This document shows positions 37,601 to 45,330 of a DNA stretch of 64,000 nt, piece by piece. Made by a program: the position numbers and the translations under genes. The stretch lies in IMG/VR virus record IMGVR_UViG_3300027833_000028, positions 1-64,000 of that record; one strand, 5' to 3'. Each line of letters opens with the position of its first letter. Position 1 is the stretch's first letter. Below the pieces are notes generated by a model that was given only the letters and a program-made list of their open reading frames with translations, had not been told where the DNA came from and did no database searches. Source of the DNA: a virus.

Positions 37601-40600
37601 GATGATTATTTTATATCACCCGGTAAAGACAATCCACGTAGTTCAAATATATCAGGACATTATGGTGCATTAAAGTTTAACTTTGATAATCAATACGGTC
37701 AACTATCCGGTATAAAACAAATACCTATGAGAGGTTGTGTTGAATTACTAGATCCTGAAAAACCTCTAGCATATTTATATTCTTCTCAACCAATATTTGC
37801 AGGGGATACATTTGTTGGAAGATATACTGAAAAAAATATTATGCCTATATACACTAGGTATTTATTAGGTCAACCTGATGGGTTTACATTTGATTATGCT
37901 TTGTATGTGAATATACCATACCCAAGATATTGGATGAATTCACAAAGGTTTGATATAACTAACTTAGCTAGAGCAATATCAAGTTTAGGTCTCTCAGGTA
38001 TATTTGGTGGATGGGATGATATAGTTCCAAATGATTTATACTATCTAGACAGGGGAGAAAACTCATGTAGTGATATGTTTGATGCATCTACATGGAATGG
38101 TGATGATCCTAATGGCTTCTTTGAAATGAGATATGCATATGGATATACACATACTAATGGTATATTAGATTTTTATACTGAGTCAGATGTAAATTTAGCT
38201 AATAGAGATTGGGAAGATGAACCTAAGAAAAGAATATATGAACCATATGATTACAATGATGTAGATGAATTGTTTCATGCAAAAATTGAGAAGGCAGATA
38301 ACTTTTACAAATATGATGACTCATTAAGCCCAAGCAAGTTTCCTACACAAATGACAAGCTTTGGTTTATTACAACCTTTGGATTATGATCCAATAACAGC
38401 TGAGGAGTGTTTTGTAAATTATCCTAAAAGATTAATATATTCACTACAAGCACAAGAAGAATCTAAGAAAGATTTTTGGAGAGTCTTTTTACAAAATAAT
38501 TATAAAGACTTTAAGAATGATGTTAGTGTAATTAAACCTATAAATAAAAATGGTGCATTAATATTTTTCCCTCATCTATCTCCTCAAATGTTTCAAGGTC
38601 TTGATACATTGAAGACTCAATTAAATACAAAACTTACAATAGGTGATGGAGGATTATTTAGTCAACCATTTCAAAATGTTGCTAATGCAGATTTATCAAA
38701 TGAGTATGGCTCATCAGAAAGTTTAAGGGGTGTAATAAATACTCCATTAGGTTTATTTTTTATATCTCAAGCACAAGGTAAAATATTTCAATATGGTGGT
38801 AAAGGTTTAGATCCTATATCTAATCAAGGTATGAAATGGTGGTTTGCAAAATACTTGCCATCTAAATTTATAAAACAATTCCCTAACTCTGAAAAATCTG
38901 TTTGGTCAGATAATCCAGTTGCAGGAGTTGGATGTCATGTTATTTATGATTCAGTAGATGACATAGTATATTTTATGAAAAAGGATTACCAGCTTAAACC
39001 ACAATATATAGCCGGAGCAGAATTTACAAATAGTATAACTAAGCCAGTTACAATTACTTTAGGTACTACACTTATTCCTGTAGATATAGGTGATCCAATA
39101 TATTTTGATGATTGTTCATGGACTGTATCATATGATCCAAAAGCAAAGGCTTGGATATCTTTTCATGATTGGCATCCAGGCTTAGCATTACCTAGCATTA
39201 ATCATTTCTTTACAACTAATCAATTTGAAGATTTAGATAATCCACAGTGTCCACCAGGTTATACATTTAATCCAGTAAATGGTTTATGTGAAATAAGTAT
39301 AAACGAAACAGAATTATCAGAAGTAACTATAGATAATGTTGCAGCTACTGTTACAGGTGGAGCAACGAATTGTTTATTAGATATTGTTATTGCAATGGAT
39401 GTATCAGGAAGTACTACACCAGCTGGTCCTCCACAATATATTCCTATGCAGTTTATTGGAGGAAATCAAGTTCCCGGTACAGGAGTCATGGGAGATACAC
39501 AAAACTCAACTGCACAACTACGTTGGTTAGATGTATTTATGAATAGCCCTGAAGTAACAACCGCATTGGCTGCAGGCACAATGCAAATAGGTACTACAAT
39601 GTGGGCAGACAATAGCACTCAACTACTTCAGGGAACAGTAAGTATGAGTAATACAGCAACAGGTGCATCACTATGTAATCTGTATACTGCAGCTTGGCCT
39701 GGTGGTGGGGGTACTGATGCTGATAATGCTATTTTTGGTTCTGGGGGAATTAATAATCCTTTAGGAGGTAATGGAGGGTTAGCAATGCTAAACAATAAAG
39801 CTGCCTCTAGCTTAAGTGCAAGTTACCCAGCAAGAACACAAGACCCTAGTTTTAAGCAAATTTTAATTGTTGTTACAGATGGAACAGGAGGAGATCAAGC
39901 AACTCAAAATCCAAACGGTACACCTCAATATCAATCACCTCTGATTAATTCAGGTACACAGCCAAATCCTAATACTGGTAATTGGGCATCTGGAGCAAAT
40001 CAATCAGCATTGATAGATTTGCAAGATAGTCAGAAGCAAGAAATTTATGCTGTTTATTGTGGATCAACTGATCCAGTACCAGGTACTTCTGCATTATTAG
40101 ATAGTATTAGTAATTCAACATATAATGTTGGTATTGGACCGGGCCCAAATCAATATGCAATGGCAGCTAATAATAATAATTCATTGCTGCTTTCAGCAAC
40201 AGCAATAGCTGGTGATGTTTGTTCTACACCTTTTGTATGTGAATGCCCTACAGGTTACACACTAGTTTACCCTGACCCAACTACATCAACATATAGTTCA
40301 GCTACTGGTACATGTACTGATGATCCAGTTGAAAGACCTATATGTAGAAAAGTAGAATGTGAATGTCCACCAGCTACAGTACCTGGAACAGTTATAACAG
40401 AGCTAGGAACTTGTCCAGACAGTGCACCATTGATTTATCAAATTGGTGATCCTAATTTTGTACAAACTGATCCTGCTCAATGTAATTACTTTTATTACGT
40501 AAGTACACAAGCTAATTATGTATATGGTGGTATTTGGAGGCATAATGTACGTTGTGATTCATTTGCTAATTATTATACTACAGATTACCCATGGGAGATT

Positions 40601-41143
40601 GATTTAATTTCTAACACTGGCCAATCAGTAAACACAGTAAGAAGCTTTGAATACCAATTAGAAACTTATGTATATAAAGGAGATCCACAATACAACATGT
40701 GTGGTGGTGATAAGTGGGAGGATTTAGATTTTAATTTTGATGCTTCCATTATATATAACAATGATCAGGTTTCAGGTTTATTAGTGTTAAATCCACAACC
40801 TGTAAATAACCCTTGGAATAATTTAACTTATCCAATAGTAAATCTAAATAGTATAGATGTATTAGTATCTAAAGTAGAACACAAATTTAGGTTTAATCAG
40901 TTTTGGGATATAACTAATGATAGAGGAGAATTTACAAATGTTGAGCAATCAATATTTAATACAGAGTCTAATGGTTATATTAGACCATTAAATACTCTTA
41001 ATTTAAATTATCAAAAATCACCTACACAACGTAAAAAGTTTAGACACTATTCTAATAATTTAATTTTACGTAGGAATGTATCAGGAAACAGAAAGATGTT
41101 ATTGAGATTAAATAATACTAAACTTTTACTATCACAAAGATAA
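34625..41143 (+). CDS. Tail stabilisation/muzzle protein with an inserted vWA domain
   Basis: N-terminal NSFTKGMNKD, VYWDDGNNPSR, FLRDEQYAFFIRW and WTVSYD...WISFHDW are typical of crAss-like muzzle (P22 gp10-like) proteins. MIDAS DVSGS at 39398-39412. Confidence 0.75.
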   Translation: MAKKKSSSPRGTQGQGSSSVNTNSFTKGMNKDVTPSFESKESWWHARNVANNSEDGDLGIIGNEPSNLLCGVIPYTVIGAIHRYGDEWIIYSTDNINSEIGTFDDSECKYTALVNDQCLNFNKKFLITGASKENFDCTWQVYWDDGNNPSRTLNIDKIPWKQEQITGPDINGSDCVEFADIIPRTLNCEKIRLAPLVDTPCVEITQSVDSGQVANGAYQAFIAYTENEQKIGDYIGISNIQTIFSHLGTNGSLDISVSNLDEKYDYYELVILRRNQGQTSAKKIGLYSTQQKQINIDYIDEALVAIDLVQIPLMSPAYEKSESMFVVNDWLIRQGPVEQFDFNYQPIANDIKVEWVTNSVPSNYYHKGGNKYNFLRDEQYAFFIRWIYNTGERSSSYHIPGRAPEVVDIGGVPYNEDQLFNGANVLNTIDGEKLFKVYNTATVESTAVSQLPDGSTITSRGKMGFWESTERYPNEPDIWGDLCGKFIRHHKMPTEETGPSVALSNTGNDLINLLGVQFNNIGRPKYNDGTYIPNVVGYELLKGSRLGAKSILGKGLFRNMRKYEVPNPEDLIGNGVQGLYPNHPYNDLRPDVYFQNGTNDKLTNGCDKFGDSITRFKPLGFAGIVNGEQSGYSQSVFTFSSPDLNFTKPFLNAYETRLYGQISGRSSGYFIPSEDHPKQKIIRGIAAFAAAIIGFGYAIHQLRGTTGRNATSNSTNLSSTTVKGEEIIGKRQGGGGGFVSLTVPPGVATVNLNNRNGGEISGGDFQGPWDDRFDDYIDAARDEAIRSGEDSGTLMNSSGTIDFAPESGAQGGFGLAGLADLYAGGSATDNAEQRNADDNAEEGAIPGVQSGKVETSKLKDTNISNLPRFLRVVTNILSMQTNIAIAGNEIIDGFYNSTDFRDYMWKYNSDGQFTDFTPVSSGLWRIKNEDSNYIGSSFQTFDNGKYKINNLFRPSTVAVSLSQNIDDPTVQDNSRFVVGGSVNADGTDNVHSDDYFISPGKDNPRSSNISGHYGALKFNFDNQYGQLSGIKQIPMRGCVELLDPEKPLAYLYSSQPIFAGDTFVGRYTEKNIMPIYTRYLLGQPDGFTFDYALYVNIPYPRYWMNSQRFDITNLARAISSLGLSGIFGGWDDIVPNDLYYLDRGENSCSDMFDASTWNGDDPNGFFEMRYAYGYTHTNGILDFYTESDVNLANRDWEDEPKKRIYEPYDYNDVDELFHAKIEKADNFYKYDDSLSPSKFPTQMTSFGLLQPLDYDPITAEECFVNYPKRLIYSLQAQEESKKDFWRVFLQNNYKDFKNDVSVIKPINKNGALIFFPHLSPQMFQGLDTLKTQLNTKLTIGDGGLFSQPFQNVANADLSNEYGSSESLRGVINTPLGLFFISQAQGKIFQYGGKGLDPISNQGMKWWFAKYLPSKFIKQFPNSEKSVWSDNPVAGVGCHVIYDSVDDIVYFMKKDYQLKPQYIAGAEFTNSITKPVTITLGTTLIPVDIGDPIYFDDCSWTVSYDPKAKAWISFHDWHPGLALPSINHFFTTNQFEDLDNPQCPPGYTFNPVNGLCEISINETELSEVTIDNVAATVTGGATNCLLDIVIAMDVSGSTTPAGPPQYIPMQFIGGNQVPGTGVMGDTQNSTAQLRWLDVFMNSPEVTTALAAGTMQIGTTMWADNSTQLLQGTVSMSNTATGASLCNLYTAAWPGGGGTDADNAIFGSGGINNPLGGNGGLAMLNNKAASSLSASYPARTQDPSFKQILIVVTDGTGGDQATQNPNGTPQYQSPLINSGTQPNPNTGNWASGANQSALIDLQDSQKQEIYAVYCGSTDPVPGTSALLDSISNSTYNVGIGPGPNQYAMAANNNNSLLLSATAIAGDVCSTPFVCECPTGYTLVYPDPTTSTYSSATGTCTDDPVERPICRKVECECPPATVPGTVITELGTCPDSAPLIYQIGDPNFVQTDPAQCNYFYYVSTQANYVYGGIWRHNVRCDSFANYYTTDYPWEIDLISNTGQSVNTVRSFEYQLETYVYKGDPQYNMCGGDKWEDLDFNFDASIIYNNDQVSGLLVLNPQPVNNPWNNLTYPIVNLNSIDVLVSKVEHKFRFNQFWDITNDRGEFTNVEQSIFNTESNGYIRPLNTLNLNYQKSPTQRKKFRHYSNNLILRRNVSGNRKMLLRLNNTKLLLSQR

Positions 41144-44100
41144 TGGCACATAAAAAAAGCACAGGACTTAAAGGAGGACCAAATGAATATATAACAGATA
41201 TATCTGAATTTGTTTCTATAGAAGGATATAAAAGAAATAGTCCTGATGTAAACAATCCGTACAACATTATTGAGTCAGGTAATATTACTATGGAAGGTGT
41301 AGACTTTCCTGTTAGGGGATATGGTAATAATGGTATGGTTCAGGATATGATACCAGGGGTAGAAAATTATGATTATGGTAATGCAGACTATGTTGTTGAA
41401 GTACCAATAGCAAAACGTGGTGGTGGATTACTAGACAAAACCATGAAGTGCAACAGCTGTAGTTGGGAATGGAAAGCTGCTGATGGTGGATCTGATATAG
41501 ACACATGTCACAAATGTGGAGGCAAAGCTTTACCAAAAGCCCAAAATGCAGGAGAAACAGGTAATGCTGTAGTATTTGTAGAATCACCTACAAGAGATAA
41601 ACATACATATGATCTTTATGATACTTCAAAGAAAAACTTACCTGCTGAATTATTACAATTTAAAGAAGACTTTAATTTTGGTGAGAGTATGCTTCAAGGT
41701 CTTTATGGTGATATGTCAAAAGAAAAACTTGATAATAAATATTTAAAGTTTTTAAATGGATTATATAAGGATTTATATAATCAAGAACGTCAATCTGACA
41801 TAGATGGTGAAGCTTCGGATCAAATACATGCACAACGAATGCAAGTTTATAAAGTTATACAAGGTGAAGAAAAGAAAATTGATCAGAAGTATGAAGAAGA
41901 GATTGACCTTTATGGTCAAATGGTAAACCTTGGTCAGGAAAGTTTTAATAATAGTGAGTTGAATCCAAGGACTATATCAATGGATTCTACGTTTTACAAA
42001 GAAGCGGAGAATCTTAAAAAAGTTTATGCAAGGCTACATCCAAATTCTAATGTTGATATAGTTCCTATATATGATAACCCTGATTTAGTGAGAGATAAAG
42101 TTGCTGGGTTAAATCCAAATGATTCAATGTATTTTTTTGGTCATAGTGGAGATAGGATGGGTGGTATACCAAATGAAGAAATAGCAACTATTTTAGGAGG
42201 CTCTAAAGCAGAGAATTGTTATTTGGGTACTTGTGAATTAGAAGGGCAAGAACTACAACCATTTCAAGAAGCTCTACAAGGAAAGAATCTTCAATATAGA
42301 CCTGCAGGTTCTTGGTGGGGAGTAAACCCAAGTGGAAGTTCAATAGAAGATGCTATGTGGTCTAGAGTTACTAAAGATTGGTCAGACCCTCTTGGTACAG
42401 GACGAACTGCAACAGTAGTAAAACCTAAATTAGGAAAAGATTATAATAAAGAACAAGACGGTGGACAACCCACACAACCTGAAACATGGCAAGATACAAT
42501 TAACTATATTGATCAAGAAAAATTAAAAAGAGCAATTGCTCAGGCAGAAAGTTTAAATGGTAAACTTATGAAAAACCCTGACTCAACTGCTTCTGGATTA
42601 TATGGTCAACGTTTTTCAGAATTACAAAAGGGTAAATTATATGATGGCACAAGAGATGAGTTTATAGCTGATTTAGATGCACAGAATAGGATGTTTGATG
42701 TTAGACTTAATGAAGGTTTTAAATCAAATAAGACTACACCTTTATTAAAGGACGCATATGATTTAATGAATGAGTATAAACCTCAGATTGAAAACTTTGA
42801 TTTCTCTTATGAGGACATTATATCTTTATCTAATTTTTTAGGCAGACAAGGTGCAAGAGAGTATTTAGGAAATGTAATTAGAGATGGTAAAACTTTACAA
42901 GATGTATATCCTAAGTTATATGGAGACTCTGTTGAGCAAGCAAATAAAACACCTGAAGAATATTTAAATATAACAAGAGGGTATTATAAACAATATGCTG
43001 GTGAAATAAATGAAGTTGTTCAAGACAACACAAGAGTTGCTCCACGTATTATTAGAGACTTACCTGACTTAGGATTTCAACCTCAAAGTCCATTGCAACA
43101 ATTTTTAATTGATGCTGAGTCAGAATTAGATTTATTAAATATAAATAATAGAACAGTAGCTCAAGATAATACTGCTGTTACCAGACGGTTTGAACCACCA
43201 ATTAATATTGGCGATAGCAGAGCAATAGTTGATTATGACCAAATTGTAGGTGATATCCGTCAAGAAAATGATTTAGAAGAGTCATTATATGATAGTCCTG
43301 CATTGATTGCAGAGTTTATTAGGAAATCAAATGAGTATGCATCAGGGTGGAAAGATATGACAGATGCATCTGATGCAGAAGTAAGAGATCTACAAAATGT
43401 TTTATTAGGTAAAGGTTATGGTATTGGACCAACAGGTGCTGATGGTGATTATGGAACAAAAACATTAGCAGCTCATAGAGCTATGGTAGATGATACAAAT
43501 CTAAATCCATCAGCAATATCAAGATATTATAATAAATTTAATTTAGATAATAAACAAGAAGTAATGGGTATTCAGAAAATTCTTGTTGATAAAGGATTTT
43601 TAGCTCCTACATTAATTGGTAAACAGTCAACTAGTATTGATGGCAAATTTGGTAATCAAACTAAAGATGCATTGGATGCATTTAATACAGAGAATGCTGA
43701 AGATGATCCTCAAGCTCTTGTTTTTGATTATATACCAAGTACATTAGAAGAGCCTAGATGTGCGGCAGGTATGTGTCAGATATTAGAAGGAAACCAAGTT
43801 TTAACAGATGCACTGGGTGTTAAGTTTAAAGATGCTTGGGACATATTTGAAAATATGACTGAGTCTAAAAACAGTGATAGTATATTTAATATATATGATG
43901 ATAAAGCATTTGATAATGTTAGTTCAGTAGAAGATTTAAAAAGAATTACAAAAAAAGTAAAAAGAAAAAAACAAACAACAGAGAGTGATTATGAAATTGG
44001 AGATATTGTAGGTTTGTACTGGGATGGTTCATCTCATCATAATGAAACATTAAGTTCAAAAACACATAATACTCATAGTGGTTTTGTGTCAGATATAGTT

Positions 44101-45270
44101 GATGGTGTACCTATTATAACTCATAATGTAAATGGTAATGTTAGACAACAACCTTATAATGAATTGGTAACAGCATGGATTAGAAGACCTAATGAAAACT
44201 TAGATATCAAATCTCAATATAATGTAGATGGTATTGAAGAGATGCAATTTGACTCAAGTGGAATTCAAAATTTAGCTTTTAGATATTCTGGAACTGATGT
44301 TGATGATAAAGTTGTATATGAGGGAGAAAGACTTGAGCAACTTGAAAATATATTTAAAAGAGTACAATTTAATGCTAATAAAATACCAAAAATATTAAAT
44401 TCTTCTGTAGATAGTAAATGGTTAGAGTCAACTGTAGTTGGTATAACTGGAGTTGAGACAGGAGTTGGGAAAACTGTTCCAAGAACTGTAGAAGATTATG
44501 GTAGACTTAGAAACTTGGTGTATGATGCTAAGGGTAAAAAAGATGAAGATGTTTCATTGGGTATTGGTAAAACTAAATTTAATTCATTAGATAGTTTTGC
44601 AAAAGAATATTTTGACATAAAGTCTGTAGATGATTTAGCAGAAGACAATAAAGGTATTGATGCAGTTACATATATGATTACAAAAAATTATGAACTCTTT
44701 AAAGATTATTCTAAGACATATCCTCAATTAGGTTTAACAGAAACGGATATAAGAAATATGACTATATTATCATACAACCAAGGAGCCAGTAGATTATTAA
44801 AAACTGGACGTGTAGATGATAATAGAAGTGCACAAGAAGAGGTAGATGCTTTAAGAGAACTATATGATGCTACTTTACTGGACATTAGTTCAACTAATTA
44901 TAAACATGTACCTCTTGTAGCTGATGCTGCTTTTAAAGTAGGTCAAATGATACCAGAATTTTTGCCTGGATCTGTAAGACCATCTGATTCCTATATTAAA
45001 AAAGTAAATCAATATAGAGCAGATGTATTTCCAGAAACATTTGCTTCTGTAGAAGAAGATATTTCCCCTTTTGAGATGTCATCTATGGCGCAGGGAGGTG
45101 AGTATGGTGTATATAATAATTATATATCCGGTAAATATGATGGTACCAGTAGAGAAAAGGGTGCTATGGAATTATATGACAAATTAAATAGAAAGCATTA
45201 TCAAGAAGCAAAACAAACAGGTATGAGTGTTCCTAATTACATTATGAGTCAACTTATAAAAGATTCTTAA
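41143..45270 (+). CDS. Modular virion cargo protein: Zn ribbon, caspase-fold protease, two lysozyme/SLT-like domains, two PG-binding domains, NlpC/P60-CHAP-like amidase
   Basis: CNSC...CHKC; YFFGHSG...CYLGTC; AIAQAES...STASGLYGQ; two LQ..L..KG...DG.[YF]G..T units; RCAAG...GDIVG...THSGFV...ITHN; GVET...SLGIG...SYNQG...YIKKV. Confidence 0.75.
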   Translation: MAHKKSTGLKGGPNEYITDISEFVSIEGYKRNSPDVNNPYNIIESGNITMEGVDFPVRGYGNNGMVQDMIPGVENYDYGNADYVVEVPIAKRGGGLLDKTMKCNSCSWEWKAADGGSDIDTCHKCGGKALPKAQNAGETGNAVVFVESPTRDKHTYDLYDTSKKNLPAELLQFKEDFNFGESMLQGLYGDMSKEKLDNKYLKFLNGLYKDLYNQERQSDIDGEASDQIHAQRMQVYKVIQGEEKKIDQKYEEEIDLYGQMVNLGQESFNNSELNPRTISMDSTFYKEAENLKKVYARLHPNSNVDIVPIYDNPDLVRDKVAGLNPNDSMYFFGHSGDRMGGIPNEEIATILGGSKAENCYLGTCELEGQELQPFQEALQGKNLQYRPAGSWWGVNPSGSSIEDAMWSRVTKDWSDPLGTGRTATVVKPKLGKDYNKEQDGGQPTQPETWQDTINYIDQEKLKRAIAQAESLNGKLMKNPDSTASGLYGQRFSELQKGKLYDGTRDEFIADLDAQNRMFDVRLNEGFKSNKTTPLLKDAYDLMNEYKPQIENFDFSYEDIISLSNFLGRQGAREYLGNVIRDGKTLQDVYPKLYGDSVEQANKTPEEYLNITRGYYKQYAGEINEVVQDNTRVAPRIIRDLPDLGFQPQSPLQQFLIDAESELDLLNINNRTVAQDNTAVTRRFEPPINIGDSRAIVDYDQIVGDIRQENDLEESLYDSPALIAEFIRKSNEYASGWKDMTDASDAEVRDLQNVLLGKGYGIGPTGADGDYGTKTLAAHRAMVDDTNLNPSAISRYYNKFNLDNKQEVMGIQKILVDKGFLAPTLIGKQSTSIDGKFGNQTKDALDAFNTENAEDDPQALVFDYIPSTLEEPRCAAGMCQILEGNQVLTDALGVKFKDAWDIFENMTESKNSDSIFNIYDDKAFDNVSSVEDLKRITKKVKRKKQTTESDYEIGDIVGLYWDGSSHHNETLSSKTHNTHSGFVSDIVDGVPIITHNVNGNVRQQPYNELVTAWIRRPNENLDIKSQYNVDGIEEMQFDSSGIQNLAFRYSGTDVDDKVVYEGERLEQLENIFKRVQFNANKIPKILNSSVDSKWLESTVVGITGVETGVGKTVPRTVEDYGRLRNLVYDAKGKKDEDVSLGIGKTKFNSLDSFAKEYFDIKSVDDLAEDNKGIDAVTYMITKNYELFKDYSKTYPQLGLTETDIRNMTILSYNQGASRLLKTGRVDDNRSAQEEVDALRELYDATLLDISSTNYKHVPLVADAAFKVGQMIPEFLPGSVRPSDSYIKKVNQYRADVFPETFASVEEDISPFEMSSMAQGGEYGVYNNYISGKYDGTSREKGAMELYDKLNRKHYQEAKQTGMSVPNYIMSQLIKDS

Positions 45271-45300
45271 ACCCTAAAGATTAGTGAATCTCCTTAATTA

Positions 45301-45312
45301 TTTGTATATTAA
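45301..45312 (+). promoter_or_regulatory. Recurrent promoter-like motif (TTTGTATATTAA)
   Basis: Intergenic, 18 nt before GTG 45331. Confidence 0.55.
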
Positions 45313-45330
45313 TAATATAATATTATCAAC

